Assembly: GCF_001194135.2 (NCBI RefSeq)
Contig: NC_068984.1
Span: forward strand, 110,852,805 to 110,916,754
Direction of reading: 5' to 3'
DNA length: 63,950 nucleotides
Source: Octopus bimaculoides
Taxonomy: Eukaryota
The notes below the pieces were generated by a model. It was given only the letters and a program-made list of their open reading frames with translations, was not told the origin of the DNA and searched no databases. The first letter of the stretch is position 1. Every line of letters begins with the position of its first letter. The position numbers and the translations under genes were made by a program. This document shows positions 1-12,205 of the stretch, piece after piece.

Positions 1-2361
1 TATATATATAAACGGTTATTGAAATGGTATACATACATATTGTTTGGAGAATCGAGACATAGAACATAAAAGAGGAAGAAAAGAACAAGGGGATGAAAAG
101 GTAAATGTTTATAGTGTACTTCACTACAAAAATGTAACCAACTTGGCAGATGCCACCAGTCTAGGTTCAGCAAGGTTTTGTTAACTGCTCAACCAGATCA
201 ATGTTTTTATCCTCCTTTTCTTCCTAATACTACCCCATAATTGTTTACTTTCCATTCTTTCTCCTCTGTCCCTCTTTATTGTGTTACTTCTTTCTCCATT
301 TATAGATGGTATATTCATCCAACCAATCAAACTATCTCTAGAAATATTTTCATATTACATGCCACAAAATATGCTCTATTATGCCACACCAATTTTGCAT
401 CCACATTGCTACACCCACAAGATGAACCAAAACTACAATATAAGTTTTCAAAAACTAAGTGACTAAACTGAAACATCAAAGCCACTTATAACATTTCCCT
501 TGTGACAGTAATATAAATACCCTAACATTCGCACAAGTTATGTGTGTATACATAAGTATACTTATATATCTGTGTGTATGTGTGTATGCGTTTTTGTTGA
601 CACACATACATCTCCAGCGATGATCTCTCCTTGGAACTGTATATAGGATTGACACATGGATTATAGTGAATATCTTTTTATTGCTCTTTGCACTGTACTA
701 GTATTCCAGAACCATCCTGATGGAATAGATTCTTTTAGAAAACAGAATAATACAAATTTTGTGTTTGTAATGTCAATGTAAGTAAAATGATTATGTATAT
801 ATTCTTGAATTAAATTTTAATTTGAGAATCCCATGTAGTATGAAGGGATAATATCGCAGAGGAAAAGAAGAAATCCCCATATATGAAGTACAGTCGTTTG
901 GTAGGAATTCGATATTACATATTGGTGCCTTAATTTTCTTCAACACTTTTGGCAAATCAACTTACACAATGATGGAAAAAGTGAATCTAAAATTATCTCT
1001 AAAAGACATACACGTCTAACATTTTACACCATTTGAAACAAGAACTGTTTCTACTCTGTAAGGTTGATTTCACAATGTTTTTTCTTTAAAAGAGAGTGAA
1101 TCAAAAAATTGCTGCCATTTGGTAGAGGTGAGGCAAAGGAATTGAGAGAGAGATTCTTATGAGTTCTGCTTTAGATAACCAAAATGACTGAGAGATTGCT
1201 GTTTTCTCATTGGTCCTGTGAAACTGTTGCAAAACAGTGAATGGTTCATCTGTTGCATGAGGATCACTAAATAGACACTACGTATTCACGTAATGTCATT
1301 CTTGTAGCAGTGTATAATTACACATTTATTTATATATACATTTCCAGTATTTGCAAGCAGGGTGTAAATATTTATGTCACTATTTTTACAACTTTGAAAG
1401 CTGAATGAATTAAGCAAGCTGTTTGCAAGTTCATTAATTAAACTCAGCTAACTGGTGGTGGCGGGGTGGGGAGTTAGATGGATGGGTGAGTGCTGGAGTA
1501 TGGCTGATGGAGAGAATGTTGAGAAGGGATGATGGCTGTGGCAATATTCATGGGAAAATTGTGAAGGATAGGTGATGGTTGTTGAGGTGAAAGGGAGGAG
1601 AGGTGATAGCTGTGTTGGTCTGGTTTTGATGAAGGGAGTGATGAGAAAGGATGATAGCTGTGGTGATGTTTGTAGGAATATTGTAAAGGATGGGTGAGGG
1701 CTGTAGAGGCAAGAGGGAGGAGATGTAGTCTTGGTGATGCTGGTAAAAACATGACTGATTGTTGTTGAAATGTTGGAATATCTTGAAATACTGACACCCT
1801 TTCTCACAAACTCACACCGCCTCCACAAACTACCACCTCTTAAATACTCCTCCCACTATCTCCCACATAAACAAAATAAACACTTATTATCAGTAAACTT
1901 ATTTACGAGCTTAAAGACTTTGTAACAATTATGAAGTCATTTGGAAAAGATGGGATAAAAATGAAAATATATCTGACAACAAAAAGAAGTGATGTTGAAC
2001 AAATAGAAATAGACAGAAAAAAGGGAGAGGAAATAAAGAAAACGGGGAAGTAAGGGAACAGAAATATAGGGGAATGAGTTTGTTTCGCATGTGTGTGTAT
2101 GTGTGTGTGTGTGAAAGAGAAGGAAAAGTAGAGAGTTTGAAACAATAAAGGAATTAATCACAAAATATGACGTTAGGAAATTTCTCCTTATGTACATATG
2201 CACAAACATACAAAAATACATATGTACAGGTAAGAAATATACATATATACGGGCATACATATGTACATATACACATACATAAAAACATACATGCAAACAT
2301 ACAAACATTCATATATACAACCATGTATACATAGACACATAGATACAAACATATACATACA

Positions 2362-2395
<34 letters not shown>

Positions 2396-3195
2396 CAAGC
2401 AAAGAGTCAGACAAATTGAGACAGTCATGTAAATAGTTATATTGTTAAATAGATGCACAGATAGATAGATTAACAAATTGTTAGATAGATAGATTGACAG
2501 ACAGATAGATAAATAAATTGATTTATACACGTGTATTTGTATATGTGTATATGTAAATGTGTGTATGTGTGTGTATAGGGACAGAGAGAGAGAGAGAGAG
2601 CAGAAATACAGATCATAGATACATAGATATGAGAATAATGTCTGGTGTTTTGCAGGATGAAATTACGAATAGGGGTTAGAGAATAGAATGTGTAAACAAA
2701 GAAGATAGAAATAACGAAATGCTAAAAGGACTGTGAGCATACATTGGTAGCTCCTGCCCCACCTTAAATCCTTTTGCCTGCTTTCAAAAGAAAAAGGAGA
2801 ATGTAGTCAATGTACTGATGTTTGATCTTAAATCACAGGACTCATACACATGTACACAAAGAAACAGAGAGGTACGGTTTCAATCCCTCTGCATTGCAGA
2901 TTGGTCAATTGTTATTTTCATTAGCCTCCAGTTGACCTTTGCCTTAGGAGTGAAATTGGGTAGGTAGAAACTTTATAGAAACCCATCAAAAGAATAGTAC
3001 TTGTAATTCAAAAGGTACACTCTTGCCATACTCACACACTGTGTCATGTTGCATCTGCTTGAAAATTATGTTAAGAGTACATGGGACTGTGGAATACTCA
3101 ACCATATATATATATGTTAATACACACATACAGTAAAATATATATATATATGACTACATTTTATAAACAAACTTTGGAAGCATTGATTGCACTTA

Positions 3196-3471
3196 CAGAC
3201 AAGAAAGTAAATTTTGAATGTAATTTAGCTGCATAAACAGCAGAAAGATTGGGTATTTTACCGTTATATGACAGAAAAAGTTGCCAGCAGACGGCCTTGG
3301 GTCTCACACTCATACCCCTCAGATACAGGCTGAGTAATCTACCATTAAGCTAAACAGTCCACTCATATATTTTAACCTTAGCTTAGCTAATTAGCTAAGC
3401 TATGGGTAAAATAGCCAGTCTTTCTGCTGCTTTTATGGCTATATTGCATTCGAAATTTACTTTCATGTCTA
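3196..3471. mobile_element. MITE-like element with ~70-bp imperfect terminal inverted repeats and TA flanks
   Basis: Left arm gaaagtaaattttgaatgtaatttagc...cagcagaaagattgggtattttacc matches the reverse complement of right arm ggtaaaatagccagtctttctgctg...gcattcgaaatttactttc. TA at 3194-3195 and 3472-3473. Confidence 0.7.
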
Positions 3472-3516
3472 TATGTCCATCTATCTATCTATCTATCTAT
3501 CTCCCTCTCTCTCTCT

Positions 3517-3562
<46 letters not shown>

Positions 3563-3827
3563 CTGGCATCACTCCAGAACATTTAGTTTATAGAAATAAA
3601 CATAGTGCTGAGTAGTTATGATAAATATGTATATATTATAACTACTCTGTTTTAATGTATATCTACCTGCTCAATGATGAACCACTTCTAGCCACCTTTG
3701 ATAGGCAATTTCAGCACCACATTTTTCAGTTGCAGCTCAAGTGGTAAACCTAACTGAGCACTCATAGTACATACCTATTACATTTCATCAGTCGACAAAA
3801 GATTTTGCATATACGCTATATGTATGT

Positions 3828-4253
3828 CAGGGCCGGATTAAGACCCATTGAGGCCCTAAGCACTTAAATGATTTTGGTGCCCCCATAAAAGATTATGTAA
3901 ATCAAAATATAAGCAATAACAAACCATAAAATAAATTTTTATTTTTCAAAACGAAACAAAACAGTAAGAGGGAAAAATAATGTTTATTTTTGTATATTTC
4001 TACTTTTTTTATATTTGAAAAGTTTCCTCCTACTTTTTTGAATTGCAAAGTCTTTGATCAAATCCTCAAAATTAACCTTAGGTAACACATCTGCATCTAT
4101 ACTTAGTAGCGATAAAGGTATCCCCCAAATTATTTTAGCAAGTTTAAAGTGATTTCTTTTGTGCCATAAACCATTTACCATTTCTGTGGTGCCCCTCCTT
4201 CTCTTGATGCTCTGAGCATATGCCTATTTTACTTAATGGTTAATCCAGCACTG
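3828..4253 (-). mobile_element. Internally deleted hAT DNA transposon retaining the transposase C-terminal dimerization-domain remnant
   Basis: TIRs CAGGGCCGGATTAA / TTAATCCAGCACTG; 8-bp TSD atgtatgt / ctgtatgt (7/8 match). Minus-strand peptide LSLLSIDADVLPKVNFEDLIKDFAIQKSRRK resembles the hAT C-terminus. Confidence 0.85.
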
Positions 4254-4329
4254 CTGTATGTATATGATGGGATCTCCTGAAGACAGTGTTCAGTTTTTAC
4301 GGAATGACCTGCACAAATAATTTGTTTGT

Positions 4330-4550
4330 AGTGGTCAAATGTATGCGCTGTACATTAGCTCACTTCTTCCATCAAATCAATGTTGCCTGTTGAGATGCAG
4401 AAGTGTTCCATACATCAAATGTCGAAATGGTCAGAGAGCTATGTTAAATGAAGTGTTTTGCTCAAGAACTCAACACATTGCCTTAACTGGAAATCGAACA
4501 CACAATCTAGCAATTATGAGTGCAATATCCTAATCACCGGGTCACATACT
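4330..4550 (-). mobile_element. Degenerate tRNA-derived SINE (family D-like)
   Basis: aagtgttttgctcaagaactcaacaca...ggaaatcgaacac is related to the 10795-11088 copy; B-box remnant on the minus strand. Confidence 0.5.
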
Positions 4551-4617
4551 TTCTCATATACATATATGTATGCATGTATGTTTGTGTGTATGTATGTATA
4601 TGTATATATGTGTGTGC

Positions 4618-4656
<39 letters not shown>

Positions 4657-4764
4657 TACATATACCTACATAGATATCTGTATATATATTTATATTGGTA
4701 TGTATGTATATATACTTATAGATATACATATACATAGACACACACACACACACATATCTGTGCA

Positions 4765-4810
<46 letters not shown>

Positions 4811-5335
4811 NNNNNNNNNNNNNNNNNNNNNNNNNNNNNNNNNNNNNNNNNNNNNNNNNNNNNNNNNNNNNNNNNNNNNNNNNNNNNNNNNNNNNNNNNN
4901 NNNNNNNNNNNNNNNNNNNNNNNNNNNNNNNNNNNNNNNNNNNNNNNNNNNNNNNNNNNNNNNNNNNNNNNNNNNNNNNNNNNNNNNNNNNNNNNNNNNN
5001 NNNNNNNNNNNNNNNNNNNNNNNNNNNNNNNNNNNNNNNNNNNNNNNNNNNNNNNNNNNNNNNNNNNNNNNNNNNNNNNNNNNNNNNNNNNNNNNNNNNN
5101 NNNNNNNNNNNNNNNNNNNNNNNNNNNNNNNNNNNNNNNNNNNNNNNNNNNNNNNNNNNNNNNNNNNNNNNNNNNNNNNNNNNNNNNNNNNNNNNNNNNN
5201 NNNNNNNNNNNNNNNNNNNNNNNNNNNNNNNNNNNNNNNNNNNNNNNNNNNNNNNNNNNNNNNNNNNNNNNNNNNNNNNNNNNNNNNNNNNNNNNNNNNN
5301 NNNNNNNNNNNNNNNNNNNNNNNNNNNNNNNNNNN

Positions 5336-5428
5336 TCTTCTTCTTCTTCTTCTTCTTCTTCTTCTTCTTCTTCTTCTTCTTCTTCTTCTTCTTCTTCTTC
5401 TTCTTCTTCTTCTTCTTCTTCTTCTTCC
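5336..5428. repeat. (TTC)n microsatellite, about 31 units, running out of an N gap
   Basis: Perfect ttc array visible in the sequence. Confidence 0.98.
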
Positions 5429-5730
5429 TATTTTATTTATTTTTTTTTATGTGTACATTTAAAAGATTTTCATCTAACTAATTAATTACCAAAAAGAAAT
5501 AATGATAATTTGTAAGGTTGACATGAGACTGTATATTTGGGTCAGAGGGTTATAGTGGATTAAATTAATCCCGATATTATTGACTTTCATCAGAAATTTA
5601 ACCTTCCACAAGAAAAATGAAAGCTTTTAATGATTTCCACCTCCATCCTTCAAAACTGAGAGCTTCTGCATAAAATGATAGTATCACATAGGTTTTGTTA
5701 AATTTAACATTTAACCAGGTAATGTAAAAT

Positions 5731-6230
5731 ATCATCATCATCATCATCATCATTTAACGTCCACTTTCCATGCTGGCATGGGTTGGACGGTTTGACTGAG
5801 GACTGGCAAGCCAGGAGGCTGTACCAGGCACCAGTCTGATCTGGTAAGGTTTCTACAGCCAACCATTCCAAGAGTGTAGTGGGTGCTTTTTACGTGCCAT
5901 TTGCATGGCAGCCAGTCAGGAGGTGCTGGCATCGACCATGCTCAAATTGTGCTTTTTACATGCCATTGGCATGGGAGCCAGTTAGGTGGTGCTGGCATCG
6001 ACCACACTTGAATGGTACTTTTTACATGCCACCAGCATGGGAGCCAGTCAGATGGCACTGGCAATGACCACACACGAATGGTGCTTTTTACATGCCACCG
6101 GCACAGATTCCAGTCAGGCATTCGCCACAACAACGATTTCACTTGACTCAATAGGTCTTCTCAAACACAGTATATTGCCCAATAATTGAAGGGTACTCTT
6201 AGATGGGCCGGTTATACAACACTGTTATAG
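5731..6230 (-). mobile_element. (GAT)n-tailed RTE-type 3' end or RTE-tailed SINE containing ~66-bp tandem units
   Basis: (cat)n-ttaacgtccactttccatgctggcatgggttgg recurs at ~9470, 15183, 26340 and 45290, and reversed at 36290, 48690 and 53915. About 3.6 units of ggtgctttttacatgcca... at 5881-6120. Confidence 0.65.
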
Positions 6231-6580
6231 AATAAGCACCTGGCTTTCAAAAAGTACTAGAGTATTTGTTCAACTAAAATCCCCCAAGACGGTGCCCCAG
6301 CATAGCCACAGTCTAATTACTTGAACAAGTAAAACACAAAAGATGTTTGTTGGAGTGTATATACATACATACACCCACATGTATATCTTCATTGCCATTA
6401 TCATCTTTTTTAATGTCCTCTGCCATGCTTGCTTGGCTCAGATGAAATTAGTTGGAGCAGATTTTGTTGAGTAAGGTAATATTTGCTTGGGGCAAGACAT
6501 TTTCTCAGAAGACTAGAAATGAATGGTGTTGTTTATATGATGATGATGATGATGCTCATTTATAATTCTTTCTGAAATTG

Positions 6581-6750
6581 ACTGTGAGCTGGCCGAATCT
6601 TTGGAGCATCAGAAAAAATTGTTTTGTGATATTTCTTCTGGCACTAAATGTTCTGAATTCAAAACTTGCTGAGGTCAGCTTTGCTTTTCATTCCTGTGAG
6701 GCCATTGAAACAAAACACCAGTCAGGTACTGTAGGGGTTGATGTGCTACA
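6581..6750 (+). mobile_element. Degenerate SINE family A
   Basis: gtgagctggccgaatc...ctgaattcaaa...gaggtcagctttgcttttcatt is homologous to 7482-7697. Confidence 0.65.
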
Positions 6751-6812
6751 TATAACCAGAAAGGAATATTGATGATCTAATGCTTTATAATTCATACAAA
6801 ATCACTGCAGCT

Positions 6813-7070
6813 AAGCTGATATGGAAAGCAGCATATCATTCAGTTCCTGTCTACAATTACAATAAGAGAGACACTGATACATTATATTTTATGCTGATGG
6901 ACACTTATTCCAGCTTTTAAAGTTACTCATTAATGTAATAAATGTCGCAAGTGCTTTTCAAAGAATCAGGAATGGTATAATTACAGACAATGGCATCAGA
7001 CAAGCTGGTACCTATTTCAATGATGTTATTGTTGTAGGTAAAATGCTCAAAAAGTACGATGGAAACTTGA
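6813..7070 (+). mobile_element. Ty3/gypsy-like LTR retrotransposon RT fragment (decayed)
   Basis: Frameshifted translation gives KAAYHSVPV, LFQLLKL...NVASAFQRI and TYFNDVIVVGK..DGNL, resembling the gypsy motifs AYHQ / SAFQR / YxDD. Confidence 0.6.
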
Positions 7071-7481
7071 CTTATTTTATTTCATTTATTAAATGACTCA
7101 TCATTACACTGTATATGACAAATTGTCATATATATACCAAACATTCATTTATTACTTAAGATAGAAAATAGAGAAAAATTCTATGCTGGTGCTTGAACCA
7201 AAAGGATTGAAATCCTTTACTGATAGCCCAATTCTTGGCAATGTCAAATGACTATGGTCACTACTAGCATGAAAAGATCTCACACATGTGGAAACCTCAT
7301 TTAACTGAGATGATTTATGCAGTCAGTAGATAAAATCTCTTTCTGGAAATATTTAAAATTTAAAAATGAATAAACAAGGAAGATGACTGCAATAAAATCA
7401 AATAACTGAAATTTTTGATAATCAAAGACATTGAAAGAAGATCTTGGAAAAGTTACTTGGTAAAAGCAACAGATAAGATTC

Positions 7482-7697
7482 GGCGGTGAGCTGACAGAAT
7501 TGTTAGCATGCCAGGCGAGATGCTTAGCGGTATTTCGTCTGCCATTACATTCTGAGTTCAAATTCCACCGAGGTTGACTTTGCCTTTCATCCTTTTGGTG
7601 TCAATTAAATAAGTCCCAGTTACACACTGGGGTCGATGTAATCAACTTAATCCTTTTGACTGTCCTTGTTTGTCCCCTCCATGTGGGCAATAAAGAA
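7482..7697 (+). mobile_element. tRNA-derived SINE family A
   Basis: Head ggcggtgagctgacagaat (A box), gagttcaaattcc (B box), then gttgactttgcctttcatcc core. At least 9 related copies in the window. Confidence 0.9.
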
Positions 7698-9469
7698 ATA
7701 AAACAGATATGATTTGGTCATATTAAGCCTTTCCAGTGAAGCATAGACTGCTGACCTGGCAAAACTTAAAAGTGGTCCTTCTATGTAGGAATATAAGGAA
7801 TATAGTGATATGATTTCCTCTCAACAAGGAAGTTGAGAGGAAAACAAAAATCTCAAGAGAGGATCGCATTACTAAATATACATATATGTTTCAGTTTTAT
7901 ATATGTATTATAGTAAGCTGTAAAACTTCACTTATCTGAAACTATTCATACAATTTGTTGACAAAAATTCCCTGCAGGACATATGTAAAATCTAAAATCA
8001 ACAAACATATTAAATAAGTTCAATACAGTTTCGTTTTTGTGTTTCTTTTGCCAGATACTTGATGTAAAATTATATACTGAAACAGATGTTATTGTATCTT
8101 GGGAAATTCAATTTTACCAATAAAAACACCTACACTGATCCTATTTCAATTCTTTTCTTTTTAATTGTTCTTCGAGTAGATCACTAGTTAATCTATCAAT
8201 TGCTTAATTAATTGGTTCGCTTTGTCACTGTTTTCAACTGCCTTGATGACGTGCCCTCATTAATCCAGGTCTGATATACTGGACACAACATGACAGGTTT
8301 GATGCCTTCACTTGGTTGCTGTCTTTGTGACTGAAAGTACGATAATATTCTGCTGTATTTGGAAGATGTATTCAAGGATAATTAGTAGAGTAGTTGATGC
8401 AATCTAGAAAATGACAGAAGATTGAAAATGTAAGGAAATTAGTAAGTAGAACGAATCCTTGTGGTTCAATTGTCTAAGAATTCAGAAAAAAAAAAGATAT
8501 TAGGAACATAGTATTCAAACATGCCCACTTAGGGTGTGTATGTTGGCAAATCAATGTTGCAGAAAAAATATTTCTATTGTTATTGATGTCTTCCTTGTGA
8601 AAAGTTCTTTTTCAGAGTACTTTCTGGGTGAGTTTGTGGAAATAACTGTTTCTGAATTTTAAATGAATAAATTATTGTGATGAGAAACAGTCACTGAGAA
8701 TCAAACCCTTATTTTTAGATAATGTAGGAATGTATCAGGTGCTATCCTTTACCTCTTGTCACTGAACACTAAAGATCTGCATACTCAAGAAAATGGAAAG
8801 AACAACATTACTAACTCAAACTTGGAACCATGTTACTGACAGACTTAAATGACTGGCTTCCCTTTTGCTACTCAGTAATCCTTCAGTTCCCCTCATTTAA
8901 ATTTTCCCTCTTTCTCCCTCTCATGCTTAGTTTTTCTCCTTTATTCTCTTCTGCTTAAGTATGAAGCTCACATTTTCTTGTGTGCTCTTTCAGTTACAGC
9001 TAGTTTTTCAAACATAGAGGTTATGAAACTTTACTGTCTTTCTTTTATTTCCTTCATATCAACATTACCCAGGAAAAAAAACTCTCTCAAAAAGGCTGGA
9101 TACTCCACTCACTCTACAATTTCACTTTACTCTTTCTGTTGCTTGTACCATAATGTACCTAGACTGTAAATAACAACAATGCATTAAGTTTTCTTCTTAC
9201 CAGAAGATGACACCTTTTTGTAGATTAAATCTCAAAATAATGATAGGATAAAAATTCACTGTATGAAAGCTTGTGTTTATCCTATGTAATTCTAACTGTA
9301 TTTATTCTGTTCTTAGTACCAACTGACATTTGTCAATGTTTACATTGATTAGATTTCCTGATACTCACAATTATTAACAATTAACAAAAGCGTTGATATT
9401 TCTTTATACTTTTCCTAATCATTTGTTCCTTGAATTTGTAACTAGTCACATTTTCAATTAAGTTCGGTA

Positions 9470-9700
9470 GTCATCATCATCTTTTTAATGCCCCCTTTTC
9501 CATGCTTCCATGTGTCTGACAGAATTTGTTGAGACAAATATTCTAATGTTGGATGCCCTTCTTGTTGCCCACTCTCACCTGTTTCAAAGTAAGGTAAATA
9601 TTTTGCCATCACCAGACATGGTTTTCCTCATAGACTAGAAACATATAACATCACTTGTATGATGATAATGGCCATTTACAACCATTATGAAATGTCAAAC
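9470..9700 (-). mobile_element. (GAT)n-tailed RTE-type 3' end
   Basis: catcatcatctttttaatgcccccttttccatgct...ggatgcccttcttgttgcc is homologous to the 5731 family. Confidence 0.6.
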
Positions 9701-9769
9701 CAAGGCTACACACAAACTCACACACATGTGTACACACTCACACTTACTCAAACACATACATATCTGTCT

Positions 9770-9935
9770 ACATATTCAGCGGACTTCTTTCAGTTCCTGT
9801 CTACCAAGCCTTCTCATAAGATTTTGGTCAGCTTGAACCTAGGGTAGAAGACAACTCACCCAAGCCCCTATGCAGTGGGTTCAACCTGGAACCATATGGC
9901 TGGGAAGCTTACTTCTTACCATACAGTTATGCCTG
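9770..9935 (-). mobile_element. tRNA-derived SINE family B (5' part)
   Basis: Reverse complement of the head gctgtgtggtaagaagcttcccagcc...ggttcaacccactg seen at 48940. Confidence 0.75.
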
Positions 9936-10189
9936 TGCTTATTAAGTTAGATTTGAAAATTTGTTTCATCTAAACATTATAGTTCATGTTCCACTAATCG
10001 AGCACTCTGTAAATTCAGTCCTAGTTTCTTTGGATTGTGTAATTTATCCAAACTGAGTATTAATCAATTTTAAGATTGATATATCTTCAATGGTGCTTTC
10101 AATGAAATGACAATAAACTCAACAATATTTTTTATCTCTGAATTTACTGAATAATTTTAGAATATTTATGTTGCAAAACAATAATGATA

Positions 10190-10375
10190 ATAATTAACTG
10201 TATCATGACCTTCTCAATTTCTTTGTTCCAGCACTTGAGGATTTCATATATCATGATGGTGCAATGTGCTACGTTCTCTTTCATAATTTTATTTACTCTG
10301 CTATCAAATGGATATGCCATGTCGATTACATTGCCTAGTTTCATCTTCTGGTAAAATCATTAGTGTGTTAGAAAA
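10190..10375 (-). mobile_element. Restriction-like-endonuclease (R2/R4/NeSL-type) non-LTR retrotransposon C-terminal fragment
   Basis: Minus-strand DETRQC-IDMAYPFDSRVNKIMKE...IYEILKCW resembles the RLE motif C-x-IIDVAxPFDxRV...YEIxxxW. Confidence 0.6.
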
Positions 10376-10579
10376 AATGCTTTACAGTATTTGTTCTGCC
10401 AAGGTCAGTTTTGCCTTTCATTGCTTCAAGGTCAATAAGATAAGTCTAGTAATGGGGCCTTTGGTATCAACTAGCCTTGTGCCTAAAGTAGAAATTATTA
10501 TTATTAGCATTATTGTTGTTATCGTTATTATTGGGTTGTTAGCTCATTGTACAAAATGTTTAGTAGCAATTCTTCTGGC

Positions 10580-10735
10580 TATTTACATTCTCAGTACAAA
10601 TCATGACCAAGATCAACTTCGCCTTTCATCCTTTCAGGGTCAAGAAAATAAAGTAGCAGTAAAGAACTTGGGGCAATAGTACTGACAATGTGCTGCCCCT
10701 CAAGACTGGTGATCTTCAGCCAAAATTTGAAACCA
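10580..10735 (+). mobile_element. Partial SINE family A (a second partial copy lies at ~10385-10490)
   Basis: gatcaacttcgcctttcatcctttcagggtcaagaaaataaagtagcag core. Confidence 0.65.
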
Positions 10736-10794
10736 ATATTTTTATTATTATTCTTATTCCTTCGTGACACAGTGTAGGTAAAAAAAGCATCGGA

Positions 10795-11088
10795 GTCTCT
10801 AGCCATCTGTCAAGTCCAAGCAAGGTGGTTGTTTATGGAAGACCAGCAGTCGCCCATGTCTACCAGCCTCCCCTCTCCACACCACTGATGTTATCCAAGG
10901 TAAAGGCATAGGACAATACAGCTTAGCAGCAGAGACGTCGCAGTTCGTTTCTACAGATGAATGAACTGGAGTATTGTGAAATAAAGTGTCTTGCTCAAAA
11001 ACAGAACACACAGCCCAGTCCAGGATTCGAACTCACTACCTCATGATTAGGAGCCCAATACTCTATCCAATAAGCCATGCACCTTCAA
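10795..11088 (-). mobile_element. tRNA-derived SINE family D
   Basis: Minus head tgaaggtgcatggcttattgg...gagttcgaatcctgg (A and B boxes), followed by gagcaagacactttatttcac. Confidence 0.8.
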
Positions 11089-11599
11089 GCATATATAAAT
11101 ATATGAACATATATATGTATATACAACTGCAATAACAGTTACAACAACAATAAAAACAACAGCAACAACAACTACAACAATAATGGTGTGAAAAATTTTA
11201 ATGATTATGAAATGCTCTAAAGATAAAGAATTACTTCATTAGTTGATTATTTGTGCTATCAATAAATACACTTTTGTTTTACTTCCAAATTCCTTAACTT
11301 TTGAAGGCTTATGACTCCTTTTATTTCATCATTACTATTTTTGTAGTTAAGGTGATGAGCTGGTAGAATCGTTAGCATACTGTTCAGAATTCTTACCAGT
11401 ATTTCACACATACTCATACTCATATATGCACTCACACACACAATTCTAACAGACACACATACTTATATGACTTAGTTCATTGGGATCACCATTATTACCT
11501 CCCTTCAATTTAATCTCGTTTTTTTTTATTATTATCTCCCTTTCATTCAACCTCTTTTTTTCCCCAGTCATCTTGCCATGTTGGGCTGCTGAAGTCTAC

Positions 11600-11702
11600 A
11601 CAGTTTTCTCTCTCCATTCGTTTTTCATTCTCTCTCCATTTTTGCCTCTTATTCCTTTCTGTTGAAGAGGATAGGCTCAAAATGTAAAAGACTTTTCTAT
11701 AC
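11600..11702 (+). mobile_element. Penelope-like element terminus with decayed minimal hammerhead motif
   Basis: cttt-CTGTTGA-a-gag...ctc-(A)AAA-TGT-A-aaag. The same terminus is on the minus strand at 15491-15600. Confidence 0.5.
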
Positions 11703-11853
11703 GAAAACTAAAAGAAGCAGCACATATGCTAGGACACAACAACCACCTAAGCAGACCGAATGCAGATATGAATAGCATATGGGAACCAGTATTAACGAAG
11801 GTAAGGAAAATGTTAGATTCATAAGCCCTAAAATTCACTCCATAATTACCCAT

Positions 11854-11924
11854 GGATATATGGCATAGTGGTTAAGAGCATTTGCTACTAACCCCAAGTT
11901 TTCGAGTTTGATTTTAGGCAGTTA

Positions 11925-11968
<44 letters not shown>

Positions 11969-12118
11969 GCATCAAAAAATACCCTAGGAATGAGAACCCA
12001 GGTTCGAAATTTCCCCAAGACACCTGATGAAGGCTGGAGGGTATATCAGCCGAAATGTTGAAGACAAATATCCGTCAAATATAAATAATGTACATAATTC
12101 CTCATCTCTTGAATATAG
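11854..12118 (+). mobile_element. tRNA-headed non-autonomous element with (TAA)n spacer and hammerhead-ribozyme core
   Basis: A box TGGCATAGTGG at 11861, B-box remnant gagtttgatt at 11904, (taa)n at ~11928-11967. CTGATGA at 12024-12030, GGCTG/CAGCC stem, GAAA at 12052-12055. Confidence 0.6.
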
Positions 12119-12205
12119 AACTTTTCCATTTTTCCTGAGTGTTAAACTAATACACCTGCTTCTTGTTCCTACACCTGTCTTTGTCTTTTGTTTTCCTGTA
12201 AATCT
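12119..12205 (+). mobile_element. PLE-type terminal repeat tail
   Basis: ttcctgagtgttaaactaatacacctgc...acacctgtctttgtc matches the reverse complement of 15510-15575. Confidence 0.6.

Noticed and set aside
1446-1830. Two overlapping minus-strand ORFs (126 and 107 aa) rich in S/P/H/T
   Set aside because: Strong G/A strand skew explains the lack of stops; there is no domain motif or splice support. It may be a decayed PLE linker, but that is unsupported.
10232-10350. Apparent plus-strand signal-peptide exon (ttgttccAG ... MMVQCATFSFIILFTLLSNGYA ... CTG|GTAAAA)
   Set aside because: The opposite strand encodes a recognisable RLE-type retrotransposon motif (IDMAYPFDSRV...YEILKCW), so the hydrophobic frame is most simply its antisense. 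I found no convincing phase-compatible downstream exon.
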